Source of the DNA: a virus
Taxonomy: Duplodnaviria > Caudoviricetes
Virus record (IMG/VR): IMGVR_UViG_3300033120_000231
Coordinates: 1-64,000 of that record
Reading direction: 5' to 3' (one strand)
Length of the DNA stretch: 64,000 nucleotides
In this document: one piece after another, positions 18,510-28,748 of the stretch
How positions within the stretch are numbered: position 1 is the stretch's first letter
Layout: the number at the start of each line of letters is the position of its first letter
Position numbers and translations under genes: made by a program
The notes under the pieces: generated by a model
Databases searched by the model: none
Seen by the model: the letters and a program-made list of their open reading frames with translations, nothing else
Told to the model about the DNA's origin: nothing

Positions 18510-19361
18510 TTAAATAAACTGAGACCAGTCTAAGGGTTTACTAGGCTCATAATCATTAACCACTTTCACAATCTCTTCAGTAAAAGCATGTGGAATCTTC
18601 TTCACAATCTCATCAAGATTACTCCATGCTCGAGATTGCATTTTCTCTGTAATCAATACATCATCAAGTTTTTGCATTGCATACGAAAGATCAAACGGCA
18701 ACGAAGTATCAAAAATATCTTCTGGTGCTGTGCCATACATACCACCAAGTTCTTCCAGCAAGACTTCCCAACTATCAATATTCTTTGCATTCACAGCAAG
18801 CATAACTTTCATGAACTGTGCTTTACTGATATTGTAACCCTTTTCTTTATACTTAGCAATACGCAAAGCAGAAATCAAAGGATAGCTAGTCTTCTCATTA
18901 AACTGAATGAATCGCTGTGCATTATGCTTGAAGAAATCTTCATGAAGTTTCCATGTTTCATCTTTCATTTCCAAAGCACCCATACAAACCGTAAAGTCAA
19001 AGTCTTGGAAGATTTCTTCTGCTGATTGGTAGAATTTATGAACAACAAATTGAACTTTGTTTCCTTCGGACAAAAGCATGACAGCTTTGTTTGTCACGAT
19101 TGTAATCATACCATCAACGTAGCCTAGACCGTATTCTTTATCGTATTTATAGTTTGAACCCCACCGCAAGTCAATCAACTCTTGCATTACTTTCGTGAAT
19201 GCTTCTTTGCTCGGAAAGTACACATCTACATCGTTGACTTCTTTGTTGGTGAACATGCTTGTGACAGCACCCCCGGCAATGATACATCCTTGATCTTGAA
19301 GAAGACCCCAAAGTTCTTCATTCATAAAACCTTTAAGTTTTGTTAGTTCTTTCTCGTACAT
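18510..19361 (-). CDS. Nucleotidyltransferase (CCA/poly(A)-polymerase-like head domain)
   Basis: IIAGGAVTSMF...NDVDVYF and FDFTVCM motifs; RIAKYKEKGY. Confidence 0.78.
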   Translation of the reverse strand: MYEKELTKLKGFMNEELWGLLQDQGCIIAGGAVTSMFTNKEVNDVDVYFPSKEAFTKVMQELIDLRWGSNYKYDKEYGLGYVDGMITIVTNKAVMLLSEGNKVQFVVHKFYQSAEEIFQDFDFTVCMGALEMKDETWKLHEDFFKHNAQRFIQFNEKTSYPLISALRIAKYKEKGYNISKAQFMKVMLAVNAKNIDSWEVLLEELGGMYGTAPEDIFDTSLPFDLSYAMQKLDDVLITEKMQSRAWSNLDEIVKKIPHAFTEEIVKVVNDYEPSKPLDWSQFI

Positions 19362-19384
19362 GAAACTCCTTTCATTTGTTTAGC

Positions 19385-19753
19385 TCAAATCTTCTCTTCA
19401 TCTACAAATTCAACCACAGGATCAATCTTCAGATCAACCTTATCGAAATCAAACTTGTGTTCGTAATTCTCACGCCTTGCATCTGCATCAAATTCTTGAT
19501 CAAACATCTCAGGTTGCATCACCAATCCACCAACAGAGCCTGAAAGTTTATAACGAGTTACTTGCTTCTTTGGTTGTTGGGTGAGAATCTTCAGGTCATT
19601 GCTGTAATTACCTTCACGTACAACACGAATTGTTTCTTCACCAATCGTAAAGATTACAGCTTCAACCTTGTTGTCCACAACTTGAAATGATACTTTGTCT
19701 TTGAAGGCCTCTGGAAGATCAGAAGTATTCTTTACTGAAATAAATCGTTGCAT
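19385..19753 (-). CDS. Hypothetical protein
   Basis: AAGGA RBS; in operon. Confidence 0.7.
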   Translation of the reverse strand: MQRFISVKNTSDLPEAFKDKVSFQVVDNKVEAVIFTIGEETIRVVREGNYSNDLKILTQQPKKQVTRYKLSGSVGGLVMQPEMFDQEFDADARRENYEHKFDFDKVDLKIDPVVEFVDEEKI

Positions 19754-19768
19754 ATTTTCCTTTCTTGG

Positions 19769-20020
19769 TTAGTCAAGCCGAATGGTTGAACCCTTAAAGA
19801 ACATACCTGTACAAACCACACCAGATACAGTCTTACCTGATGGCCCCTTCGCAGTGAACTTATCGTGATACGTATCATCTTTTGAGCAGTTAAACCAGTC
19901 ATACCCTTGTATCTGTATGTCTGTGTAGCCCTGAGATTCAAGGACTTGTAGAGCATGATCAGGTTGTGTACAGCCAGTAGAGAGTAGCGCAATAGCTGCA
20001 ATAACTAACATTTGTTTCAT
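19769..20020 (-). CDS. Putative lipoprotein
   Basis: Lipobox LLSTGC; conserved-looking F.A.GPSGK.VSGVVC.G.FFKG.TIR. Confidence 0.75.
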   Translation of the reverse strand: MKQMLVIAAIALLSTGCTQPDHALQVLESQGYTDIQIQGYDWFNCSKDDTYHDKFTAKGPSGKTVSGVVCTGMFFKGSTIRLD

Positions 20021-20052
20021 ATTGATTCTCCTTTTGTGCTTGCTAAAGCTGA

Positions 20053-20081
20053 ATTATAGCACAGATTTTGCAAGTTTACTC
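20053..20081 (-). promoter_or_regulatory. Extended -10 promoter
   Basis: TGcTATAAT on the minus strand upstream of the lipoprotein gene; weak -35. Confidence 0.55.
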
Positions 20082-20100
20082 ATATGTTTAATCTTTTTGT

Positions 20101-20460
20101 TTATGTGTTGTTTGGTTGCAACAACCCTGGCGTAAACCCATCAATAATAAAAATCCTCTCTGGCATAGAAAGAGTTGAAGTCTTGTTGTCAACTTTGGCT
20201 TTTTCTTCTTCGGTCATTTCAACATGAGTACACAATTTCTTGTCCCACTTTACGTGCTTCCAAGGAACTGTTAATCCAGACGCAAATGTATGCATACCAT
20301 TACCCCAATGCCCATAAGATGATTCAAGTTTGACTGCCTTAATCTTATTCTCAAGTACTTCTTTCACTTGGTACACAGCAAGATTTGCTGATCGTCCAAC
20401 TGTAAGAGCATAGCAGATGTAATGTCCAACTTGGACTTCTCTTCCTAGTAAGTCTTTCAT
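20101..20460 (-). CDS. Hypothetical protein
   Basis: MKDLLGREVQVGHYICYA phage-family-like N-terminus. Confidence 0.65.
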   Translation of the reverse strand: MKDLLGREVQVGHYICYALTVGRSANLAVYQVKEVLENKIKAVKLESSYGHWGNGMHTFASGLTVPWKHVKWDKKLCTHVEMTEEEKAKVDNKTSTLSMPERIFIIDGFTPGLLQPNNT

Positions 20461-20461
20461 A

Positions 20462-20566
20462 TCACAATCCTTGAGCACTACGATTAGGACAGGCTTCACA
20501 TGGTTGATGAAGTTGTGTAAGAGCACACTCTGTGCAAGTCAAAGTCCAGATTTTAATTGTTCTCAT
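20462..20566 (-). CDS. Zn-finger micro-protein (34 aa, not in ORF track)
   Basis: MRTIKIWTLTCTECALTQLHQPCEACPNRSAQGL; GGAGAAGG RBS; ATGA overlap. Confidence 0.55.
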   Translation of the reverse strand: MRTIKIWTLTCTECALTQLHQPCEACPNRSAQGL

Positions 20567-20814
20567 ACCTTCTCCATGTACTTCAAAGTTTGCCAGAACA
20601 TTGGTGCAGCCATATCCATAAAGGTGTCTTTTGCAAGTTCATTCTTGCGAAGTTCTTCTTCTAGATAGAACCATTGCACTTGTGCGTGGAAAGTGTCACC
20701 ACCAATCTCTTTTCCAAGTGCTTCAAAGAAAGATGCTTGCTCATCGCTACACATTCCCCAGAAGATACTTGCCATCATCTCTGGTGTGATTTTAATTTCT
20801 ACAGGAATTTCCAT
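20563..20814 (-). CDS. Hypothetical protein
   Basis: ITPEMMASIFWGMCSDEQASFF. Confidence 0.7.
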   Translation of the reverse strand: MEIPVEIKITPEMMASIFWGMCSDEQASFFEALGKEIGGDTFHAQVQWFYLEEELRKNELAKDTFMDMAAPMFWQTLKYMEKV

Positions 20815-20816
20815 AA

Positions 20817-20987
20817 TTACTCGCTTTCCAAATTAAGTTTATCAATTGAATTCTCCCAGCAAACCAAGGCTAACTCCATCAGGTCACATCTCTGGATGAA
20901 GAAGCGTTGGATGATTTCTCCTGATTCGGTTAGCTTGAGTATACAGGAGAATTTGGGGTCGTAGAGGTAGTGGTGAGGTGTTTGCAT
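20817..20987 (-). CDS. Hypothetical protein (56 aa, not in ORF track)
   Basis: AAGGA RBS; fills the gap after the polymerase gene. Confidence 0.55.
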   Translation of the reverse strand: MQTPHHYLYDPKFSCILKLTESGEIIQRFFIQRCDLMELALVCWENSIDKLNLESE

Positions 20988-21002
20988 AAGTTTAGTTCCT
21001 TG

Positions 21003-23108
21003 TCAGTGTACTGCCTTCCAATCCTTACCCACCTTACCCTCACCTACAAGTGGTACTTTGAGTTTTAGGTATTCCCCGGCCTTTGCGATAGCCTGTTCAA
21101 TCATTCGTGCAACTTCTTCTGAAACCTCTTCTTCACACTCGTATTCCAACTCATCGTGCGTGTATCCGATTCTACGAACAACACAACCCCTATAGAGATA
21201 GTACGGTCTACGAAGTTCGTCCCAGTACATCTCACCAAGCCACCTATCCATGAAACATCCAGCATAATCCATTGTGATACCCCCGCAACTCTGAAAGATA
21301 GTATTAAGTAATGCTGACTTCTTTCGTGTCAGTAGAATTCTACCATCGATTGCTGGGAGGTACTTGCTCTGCCCTGTTGTTGTCCAGTAATTCTCTAGGT
21401 TTTCTTTGAGTGCTTTAGTGCCAGGGTTGGCCTCCCAAAACGCATCAAGAGCCTTCTTGCCAAATTTCTCTGCAATCCCAAGTGTACTGGCAACCTTCGG
21501 TGCTGCAGCACCATACATAATCGCATAGTAGCCGTTCTTAGACTTGCTTCGGTATGGCTTCCATTTCGGATTTTCTTTATCAAAATCCGGTGAATTGTAG
21601 ATACTTGCAACTTCTGGGTAAATCTCACCATAGAAAGCATAGCTATTCTTAGAGTGCACATCCCCCTTCAACAATTCTTCTGCAGTCTCACCACCATCAT
21701 ATTTATAGCAATAATGTCCCTGCACCCTCCCCTCTAACGCAGCGGCATCCCCAGCGGCAATTAAGAAACCATCTTCACTTGTCCATAGTTCCCGAAACTC
21801 ATACCCTAGTAAAACCTTCGGATCAGCTTTTGGGACGTTCACTACAACTTTATGTTTTTGCCTATGTGTCGAAGCAATCCCAGTTCTACCCGCACCAATG
21901 CGCCCATCATATTTCAATCGTGGGTTTGAAAGCCACCCCTCAAGAACAGAAAGACGATTGCGTAAAGAAAGCCACTTCACAACATTCTTAACAAGTTCTC
22001 CCTCTATCTTTTCTAGGTTACTGCACAGTCTGCCAGCCTCCTGAATCTTTGGTGATGTAGGAATCAACTGCCTTGTTGTCGGATCACGCATCGGTTTATT
22101 ATCAGGCCCGCGTTTATAATTCCACAGCGTAGGCTTCCATCCATTTTCCAAAAACCAGTCCTTCATCTGATCTTGATTTGCCATCTCCATTGGCATAGTC
22201 ACATCAAGAATTTTGTTTGCTTCAATTGGAACCAACTTACCGTAAAACTCCCACTGTTCACCAACCTGCTTTCCATTGTGCTTTTCTACAAACTTAGACC
22301 ACTGAGCTGAATACTCCCCATTCGCTTTAAATGGTTTAGCAGGCATCTTGTAATCTTTTTCTTCCGTCTTTTTCAGACTTCGTGGAGGAAGTTGAGGTTC
22401 AACAATAGCACGGATTTCCTCTTGCATTTCTGTGATGCGCACCGCTAGCTTTTGAGCTTTCTCAATATCAAATTTCCACCCAGATAGCTCCTGGCAACTC
22501 ATCAAGTAGAAGGACTTTTGTCCAGATTTAAATGCGGGTGTCCACCCATCAAAAGAGCCATAGAGTTCAATCCACTCATTAATCAAATACTTGTAAGTCT
22601 TATCACTGATCTCAGTATCGATTTCGCAGTATTTGTCCATCAACTTAGAGTGCTGCTGGAACTCTGCACCATCTTCAGAGTCCTTTGGGATGATACCTTC
22701 ATCAATTGAGGCTTGCCGGAAATCAAGTTTTGGGTAGCCCAAGACATCACCAAAATAGGCAATTGAGTGCTTCTCACGATCTGGATTCAAGAACATTGAA
22801 AGGTAGAAAGTGTCAACAAAGTTAACCTTCCTGCCCTCTAGTGTATCAGGCCCAACCGTAAAATCTAATTCTCCGACAAACATCATAACAAAAATGTCAA
22901 AGCCAAGCCCATTATGGAAAGAGATATTTGGAGTATCATACTGATCAAGCCAGAATAGAAATTTCTCTTTGGCTCTCTTGTCCTTAAAGAAGTTCAGCCT
23001 AAGTTTCTCCCCCGTATCCATATCCTTCAGGCACATGACCCAAATTACTTTTGACTCAAAAACAAATCCGTTTGATTCAATATCAAGCGAGAAACCGTTG
23101 TACTTCAT
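21003..23108 (-). CDS. DNA polymerase, family A, with 3'-5' exonuclease
   Basis: LDIES and FHNGLGFD exo motifs; GDAAALEGR (motif A), RSKSKNGYYAIMYG (motif B), THDE (motif C); AGGAG before MKYNGF. Confidence 0.95.
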   Translation of the reverse strand: MKYNGFSLDIESNGFVFESKVIWVMCLKDMDTGEKLRLNFFKDKRAKEKFLFWLDQYDTPNISFHNGLGFDIFVMMFVGELDFTVGPDTLEGRKVNFVDTFYLSMFLNPDREKHSIAYFGDVLGYPKLDFRQASIDEGIIPKDSEDGAEFQQHSKLMDKYCEIDTEISDKTYKYLINEWIELYGSFDGWTPAFKSGQKSFYLMSCQELSGWKFDIEKAQKLAVRITEMQEEIRAIVEPQLPPRSLKKTEEKDYKMPAKPFKANGEYSAQWSKFVEKHNGKQVGEQWEFYGKLVPIEANKILDVTMPMEMANQDQMKDWFLENGWKPTLWNYKRGPDNKPMRDPTTRQLIPTSPKIQEAGRLCSNLEKIEGELVKNVVKWLSLRNRLSVLEGWLSNPRLKYDGRIGAGRTGIASTHRQKHKVVVNVPKADPKVLLGYEFRELWTSEDGFLIAAGDAAALEGRVQGHYCYKYDGGETAEELLKGDVHSKNSYAFYGEIYPEVASIYNSPDFDKENPKWKPYRSKSKNGYYAIMYGAAAPKVASTLGIAEKFGKKALDAFWEANPGTKALKENLENYWTTTGQSKYLPAIDGRILLTRKKSALLNTIFQSCGGITMDYAGCFMDRWLGEMYWDELRRPYYLYRGCVVRRIGYTHDELEYECEEEVSEEVARMIEQAIAKAGEYLKLKVPLVGEGKVGKDWKAVH

Positions 23109-23115
23109 TTTACTC

Positions 23116-23878
23116 CTAATACTCTTTGTTAAAACTCTTCCAAACAAAACCCCGATAAGATTTCTTCCACCCATTGCACACACTGTATATTGCAATCTTG
23201 TGAAAGTCGGGGTACTTATCTATGATCTGAAGCATTGAATTGTACTCTCCGACTAATTCACCAGTCACCTTATCATACTGCTCAAAACGAAGAGTACTTG
23301 TCGCCTCTGCAACTTTTCTAGCCATTGTTGCCTTCTTTTCTTCGTTTTTCCATGTTTCTTTGCCCCAGTCGGAAAGTTTTTGTTTCCACTGGGGTGTCTT
23401 CATGAAATCGTAAAGTCCATCCTCAAATTGCTGCTTTTTGATGGTAGACATCGAACTCTTCATTTCATCCGTCCAATGATTTCCAAAATTTGGGTTACCC
23501 TCCCCATGTTCATCTCAGAAAATAATGCTCTTGTCTCTTCATGGACGATGACTTTTTGTGAACTATCCTTCATAAGATTGTAGCCAAAATCCGATCAGTT
23601 GTGTTATAAAATTCCATCCAATAAATTTCAGTATCTGCAAGCACATCTTCATCAATCACATCGAATTCTTGTAAAATTTCAAAGATAAAATTATTAATTC
23701 CATACAATACAACAGCATTGGCAAGGTGTCTATTAACCCTTCTTTTGTATTTCCCGGGGTCTTTTTCGTAGTGCTTAAATGAGTTCTTGTGTGCCCAAAA
23801 TCTTTTAGCTATATTTTTTGACTTCCCGATATAGCGTTTTCCGTTTATAATGTTTCTAATGCAATAAATTCCAACCAT
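23116..23878 (-). pseudogene. GIY-YIG/NUMOD3/NUMOD1 homing endonuclease with two -1 frameshifts
   Basis: GIYCI...YIGKS. Adding one G at 23591-2 and one at 23502-5 restores DFGYNL...GEGNPNFGNHWTDEMK and joins to the 23116-23463 ORF. Confidence 0.8.
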
Positions 23879-23903
23879 ATTACTCCTAAAGTGTTAATCT
23901 TTA

Positions 23904-23932
23904 ATTGTAACATGGTTGTATCCTTTTGTCAA
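23904..23932 (-). promoter_or_regulatory. sigma70 promoter
   Basis: TTGACA-17-TACAAT with TG extension; upstream of the GIY-YIG and polymerase genes. Confidence 0.8.
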
Positions 23933-23944
23933 GTATAATAGGTA

Positions 23945-26554
23945 TTAAAACCCGCTTGGCCCGTTCTCTTGTGTCCACTCATCTAAATCATGCAGGACAT
24001 GGTGCTGATTGTCATAATACAAACTGCCACAATCACCAGTCTCGCCCCCAGAACGATTCTTACTCAGAATCAACCGGGTTGTGTTCCTGATAATCTGGTC
24101 TTCATTGTACTTGTCTCGCATCATCATCACAACCCAAGAAGCACTTTTAAAAATTGTACTTGAACCAGTAATAGCCTCTTCTGGAATGAACGCCCCGGTT
24201 GATGCTGCATCTTTGTTGTTACCTGATTTTCGGATATGTGCAATCATCAGAAAGGTGCAATTATAGTTCTTAATCATGCTTTTGCACCACTTCATGAACT
24301 TCGCTTGTTCAGATACATCCAGTGAATCCATGATATCGGACAAAGGATCGAGAATAATAACTTTACAGCCACAAGAAATAATAAGTTCTTCGATCTTATC
24401 TTGTAAGACCTCTACACTACCATCACGTTCGTCAATCAACATGAAGCGATCATTGCCGTTATCATCTAAGAATAACTCTTGAGCCTTCTCTTTTACCTTC
24501 TCTTGTTTCAAGTATGCTAATTTTTCCTCTGGGTCTTTGATCCGCGAAATCTTATTCTGAATGTGTCTTGAAAGCATAGCTTGTGCATACTGAGAGCAAG
24601 TCAATTCCAGTGAAACAACCCCCACCTTGTGTGGACTGTTGAACAACCAGTAATAGATCAATTCATTTGCAACTGTAGTTTTAGCTGCACCACTCCCAGC
24701 AGCAAAAATACCAATAGTGCCAAGTTCAATTGATCCAATCATTTCATCAAGCTTCTTCATGAAAGATGGTAGCGGAATCTTTTCTACTAAAGCACTGTCA
24801 AGGAGTTTTTCATAGAGTTCAGAACTGCCGACAACCCCAGCAGGAACATAAGTCTTAGCATTATAGAAGTCACTAATGAAAGACTTCTGATCACCTTTTG
24901 TCAAATACTCATTAGCATCCTTGTGCTTCATCTGCATGATCTTGACCTTGGCTTTCGGTAAGACCTTCACAATGCTTTCAATAGCTTTCTGCCCCGGTTC
25001 ATCCATGTCATAGCTAATTATGATCTGTTCAAAGGAGTCAAAAAAAGCATAATTATGCGCAATTTGCTTTGCTGACTGTGCGCCTGTAGTTGCTGAAACA
25101 ACTGCTACTTCATAATCACTGCCACGCTTGTCATTGTACTCTTTGAGCATCTGGTATGCCGCTAATGAATCACAATTCCCAGTGACAGACACCGAATCTC
25201 CTTGCTTTACCAGTAAAGTTCCATCAGGCATAGTTAAGCACGCGACCTTACCTGAGTAAGGGTACTTGATAAACCCATTCTGTGTGTCACTAGTTTGCTT
25301 CTTATAAAGAATACTCACCTTATACCAACTATGGGTTTCATCCCTTCGTGGGATAATCGTAGATACAAAACCAGACAAGTGTGCACAAGTCTGTACAAAT
25401 TCGGCATTATGTCTGATGATAGTTGAGTACTCAATTTGTTGTCGATTTGGAACACTGTTACCGTCCCAGAATAGCACCTCCTCTACAATTGTTGCTGCAC
25501 TTGCTAAGTCCCGTTTGTAGGAAAATTCCTTAGACACATCTAGGCCATGTCCCCTGTGGATAAAAAATGAAGTGTACCCACGGTTATCAAGATTAGCACT
25601 ATAGCGAACCCCTGCCTTATCAAGAAGCATTTTTGCCCGGTCAATTTTTCTTTGCTTTTTCAAGCAACCGTAGATATCCCCATCTTTACGGAAAGTAAAA
25701 TCTGCACTGAGCATTACTTGTAGTCTTGCCATCAGATTATCGGTATCTGATTCAAAATTGACAGTCCGTGGCACGGGCTTGTGCTTCTGAGTGGAATCAC
25801 CTGCTTTAGCCTTAACCAGTCCGTACTTCTTATCAATTCTGAGCATATTGTGTTCTGGAGTTAAGTCAAGGAAGTAGCTACCTGAACGGTACTTTACCAT
25901 CTCTCCTTCATAATCTTTGTACACTTTTGCCAGTGGCTCAGCGAATATCCCGTTGGCTTGCATCACCTCCCCAGAATCATAATCCTCCAGGCTAACCCAC
26001 CCATTACGGGTGAGCACTTTTGTTGTTGGCAGTAGGCATTCCCCCTCCGTTAAAATAACGTACTTACCACCACGAGGAAACCTAAACTGCATGAAGCATT
26101 CTGTAGTTGCTCCTGTACGACCAATGCTCTTGAAATCCTTTGGAACTTCACGTACCTTGTAGCCTGTCAATTTGCCTTGTTGTGTGCAAGGATAGTATTG
26201 TTCAATCACAGAGCCATCTTCCTCAGAGAAGCTATGACGTACACCGAAGTAAGATGTAATGCTATCACTCAGGCCACGATAGCCATTGCAGCGCGTAGAA
26301 GTCTCATCCTTGATCTGTTGTGCTTTCTCTTCCGAGATAGCCTCTTTTTCCTTCACAGGTTTTCCTGTAGTTTCTTGTTGCATTACTTCCTTTCGTATTT
26401 TTGGTTTATTATTTGTGCTGTGTTCTTCCTTAAACTCTTCACTAGGCACCGTCTTTTGACAGACGAAACAATGCGAAGAACCATCACTATATACCGCAAG
26501 TCCATCGGATGACCCACAGCTAGGACACGCCGTATGTTTAACAAATTCTCCCAA
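23945..26554 (-). CDS. Primase-helicase (T7 gp4-like), intein-containing
   Basis: Zn finger CPSC...HCFVC; TOPRIM TEGE[intein]CD and DMDEPG; helicase AGSGAAKTT, LDPL, IAHIRK, KNR. Confidence 0.93.
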   Translation of the reverse strand: MGEFVKHTACPSCGSSDGLAVYSDGSSHCFVCQKTVPSEEFKEEHSTNNKPKIRKEVMQQETTGKPVKEKEAISEEKAQQIKDETSTRCNGYRGLSDSITSYFGVRHSFSEEDGSVIEQYYPCTQQGKLTGYKVREVPKDFKSIGRTGATTECFMQFRFPRGGKYVILTEGECLLPTTKVLTRNGWVSLEDYDSGEVMQANGIFAEPLAKVYKDYEGEMVKYRSGSYFLDLTPEHNMLRIDKKYGLVKAKAGDSTQKHKPVPRTVNFESDTDNLMARLQVMLSADFTFRKDGDIYGCLKKQRKIDRAKMLLDKAGVRYSANLDNRGYTSFFIHRGHGLDVSKEFSYKRDLASAATIVEEVLFWDGNSVPNRQQIEYSTIIRHNAEFVQTCAHLSGFVSTIIPRRDETHSWYKVSILYKKQTSDTQNGFIKYPYSGKVACLTMPDGTLLVKQGDSVSVTGNCDSLAAYQMLKEYNDKRGSDYEVAVVSATTGAQSAKQIAHNYAFFDSFEQIIISYDMDEPGQKAIESIVKVLPKAKVKIMQMKHKDANEYLTKGDQKSFISDFYNAKTYVPAGVVGSSELYEKLLDSALVEKIPLPSFMKKLDEMIGSIELGTIGIFAAGSGAAKTTVANELIYYWLFNSPHKVGVVSLELTCSQYAQAMLSRHIQNKISRIKDPEEKLAYLKQEKVKEKAQELFLDDNGNDRFMLIDERDGSVEVLQDKIEELIISCGCKVIILDPLSDIMDSLDVSEQAKFMKWCKSMIKNYNCTFLMIAHIRKSGNNKDAASTGAFIPEEAITGSSTIFKSASWVVMMMRDKYNEDQIIRNTTRLILSKNRSGGETGDCGSLYYDNQHHVLHDLDEWTQENGPSGF
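25175..26038 (-). mobile_element. Intein (288 aa) in the primase TOPRIM motif; ends Gly-Asn
   Basis: TEGE|CLLPTTKVLTRNGW...LTPEHNM...VACLTMPDGTLLVK...VTGN|CDS; degenerate LAGLIDADG motifs (MLSADF, VLFWDG). Confidence 0.9.
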
Positions 26555-26555
26555 A

Positions 26556-26891
26556 TTAAACCTCCTTGTCTAACCACTCCTGAATAGCTCCCGCAGCTTT
26601 CTCCAAATGATACAGACGTTCATCTTCATCATCAAAGCAACCCTTCCAACCGTCCTCAAAGCTACAAGAGTAAACTTCCTCTACACCAACTTCAGGGCAA
26701 TCAACACGAAGCCTTCCTCCCCGTAAACGAACATACCCTACTTGATATCGCTTACCATCCTTCAACAAAACTACATCGTACTGCTCAGGACAATCTCCAC
26801 AAGTGCAGACGAACTCAAGGTTATCAAATATATAATCAGGGGGATTACTCTCATAGCCTCCGTTAGAATAAATCCTAAGATCAATCAGCAT
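26556..26891 (-). CDS. Hypothetical phage protein
   Basis: CPEQYDV...VGYVRLRGG. Confidence 0.7.
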   Translation of the reverse strand: MLIDLRIYSNGGYESNPPDYIFDNLEFVCTCGDCPEQYDVVLLKDGKRYQVGYVRLRGGRLRVDCPEVGVEEVYSCSFEDGWKGCFDDEDERLYHLEKAAGAIQEWLDKEV

Positions 26892-27120
26892 TATGTCCCT
26901 CCTTCCCCAGAATAGCCTTATAAGCAAAGTACAAATACTCAATCTCGGAATAATCCAAGTTAAACACATGGTCAGGTTCAACTGATGTATAACTCTTACT
27001 CTTCACATAGTATCCATTGCCGTTATCCTTGAGAATCAGCAAGTCTTTTACATTAGATGAGTACCCACCCTTGGCTTGAACTTTGATTTTGTTACCTTTG
27101 ATTTTTACTTTAACACTCAT
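26881..27120 (-). CDS. Hypothetical protein
   Basis: In-operon ORF. Confidence 0.65.
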   Translation of the reverse strand: MSVKVKIKGNKIKVQAKGGYSSNVKDLLILKDNGNGYYVKSKSYTSVEPDHVFNLDYSEIEYLYFAYKAILGKEGHNAD

Positions 27121-27125
27121 AGCCA

Positions 27126-27470
27126 TTACTCCCATTTACTGTAATAAGGTTTACCTAAAAACACCCATAACTTCTCAGCTTGTTGCTCTACATCTTGAAT
27201 TGTACTATTTTCATTCATAATAAAAGTAACATTCAAAGTCATATCTTCTTCTCGTTGAAGCTGTACCTCTGGTTGATAACTCATGGGTGACAGTGCAGGG
27301 TTGTTTCTATAGAAATCATACTTAGTATTATCCCACGCCCATGCATCAAGGTAATATTTCTTACCTTGAGAATCATCAAAGCGTTTCTGCAGTAGGAAGT
27401 CTGCATTGTTCAGGTTCTGCCCGTCATAACGTCTGTACCCTGCGTCAATCCAATTTTGTGTTGTTAGCAT
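27126..27470 (-). CDS. Hypothetical protein
   Basis: GGAG RBS. Confidence 0.7.
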   Translation of the reverse strand: MLTTQNWIDAGYRRYDGQNLNNADFLLQKRFDDSQGKKYYLDAWAWDNTKYDFYRNNPALSPMSYQPEVQLQREEDMTLNVTFIMNENSTIQDVEQQAEKLWVFLGKPYYSKWE

Positions 27471-27473
27471 GTT

Positions 27474-27851
27474 TTACTCCAAATCTTCTTTTATGATAAC
27501 CTTCTTTACGACATTCTCCACCTTCCAGTAAGGAAGATTTACATGTTTTTCACACCATGAAAGTAGTAACTCTTCAAGTTCCTTTTTAGCCTGCTCAGTG
27601 CATCCAGAAAAATCATTATCAAATACTTCCCCTATTTCTTCGTATGCACGTTGGTCACAATCTTCAAGAAACCAATCAACACTGATTACATCCTCATATT
27701 CCAGTGGATGAGCATCAGCTTCCCAGTATGTAGCTCCAATCAGAGACGAAGCGCAATCTACACCAAGTTGATTTAGAAGCTGGTATATTACATCACTAAA
27801 ATCTGTAATATCGAACTCTTCTTCGTTTACGCTGTAGCATTTATTAGTCAT
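27474..27851 (-). CDS. Hypothetical acidic protein
   Basis: In-operon ORF. Confidence 0.7.
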   Translation of the reverse strand: MTNKCYSVNEEEFDITDFSDVIYQLLNQLGVDCASSLIGATYWEADAHPLEYEDVISVDWFLEDCDQRAYEEIGEVFDNDFSGCTEQAKKELEELLLSWCEKHVNLPYWKVENVVKKVIIKEDLE

Positions 27852-28228
27852 AGAAATACCTTCCTATATGCAATTTCGTCAACAAACATACCCCGAATAT
27901 ACTCAGGAATATGCTTATGCGTTTCAATGATAGCTTCAATATGGGAGGTTTCCATTTCCTTCAGAAGCAACCATTCCAGAGGTTGTTTACCATCCTTGCC
28001 GCGGTTTCCCCAGAAGAACACCTCCCGTTTCTTCTCATGCAAATCACTAGAGTAAACACAAAGATTATCCCAATCTTTTGATTGTGAGCCTCCTAATCTT
28101 GCGTAATCAATTCCACCATCAAGGAAGTTTCCATCAGAATCTTGCACAAAATCATGTTTGTGCTTTGATTGAAGAACTGTTCCGTTAGGTGTACGCCAGA
28201 TATTAGCGATTAGTTTACGATCTTCCAT
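27848..28228 (-). CDS. Hypothetical phage protein
   Basis: HKHDF...DGGIDY...WGNRGKDGKQPL. Confidence 0.7.
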   Translation of the reverse strand: MEDRKLIANIWRTPNGTVLQSKHKHDFVQDSDGNFLDGGIDYARLGGSQSKDWDNLCVYSSDLHEKKREVFFWGNRGKDGKQPLEWLLLKEMETSHIEAIIETHKHIPEYIRGMFVDEIAYRKVFL

Positions 28229-28551
28229 CACCACCACCAATGAATCAAAATTAACTCTTCTCCTTCTATCTCTGGAGATTGTTCTTTAACGTACTGAGCA
28301 ACAATAGGATAATCTTCTTGCAGAGCATCTAGTTCAGTTTTAATCACGTAGTAATCGTTACCCAACTCGTAAGATTTCCACATCTCCTTTACTTGATTCT
28401 CAACTTCAATAGGACAATCACTCCACTGTGCATCAAGTAACCACACTTTACGAAACCCCTTATTTGTATCTTCTGGGTTAGGCGTGCTGTTCCACTTATG
28501 ATGATAAGAACTTGTCTTACCAGACCATTGAATTTTATCTTCCATATCCAT
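28228..28551 (-). CDS. Hypothetical protein
   Basis: GAGG RBS. Confidence 0.7.
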   Translation of the reverse strand: MDMEDKIQWSGKTSSYHHKWNSTPNPEDTNKGFRKVWLLDAQWSDCPIEVENQVKEMWKSYELGNDYYVIKTELDALQEDYPIVAQYVKEQSPEIEGEELILIHWWW

Positions 28552-28574
28552 CCCTCACTTTTTCGTTCTGTTTT

Positions 28575-28748
28575 TCAAACATCTCTTACAACCTGCATAA
28601 CCATTGACGCGGCTTGACAAAGCATCTGTACTTCCATAGGATGCAATTCACTGAACTTTCGCTGCACTCCAAACTTCAAGGCAAGTGCATCGTACATCCG
28701 TTCAATTTCTGATCGGGTGTCTTGTGTGTTTTGTTTATTTTCACTCAT
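28575..28748 (-). CDS. Hypothetical protein
   Basis: MSENKQ start overlapping the upstream stop. Confidence 0.6.
   Translation of the reverse strand: MSENKQNTQDTRSEIERMYDALALKFGVQRKFSELHPMEVQMLCQAASMVMQVVRDV

Noticed and set aside
21003-23108. Group I intron in the DNA polymerase or thyX
   Set aside because: Both ORFs are continuous, with all motifs at the expected spacing.
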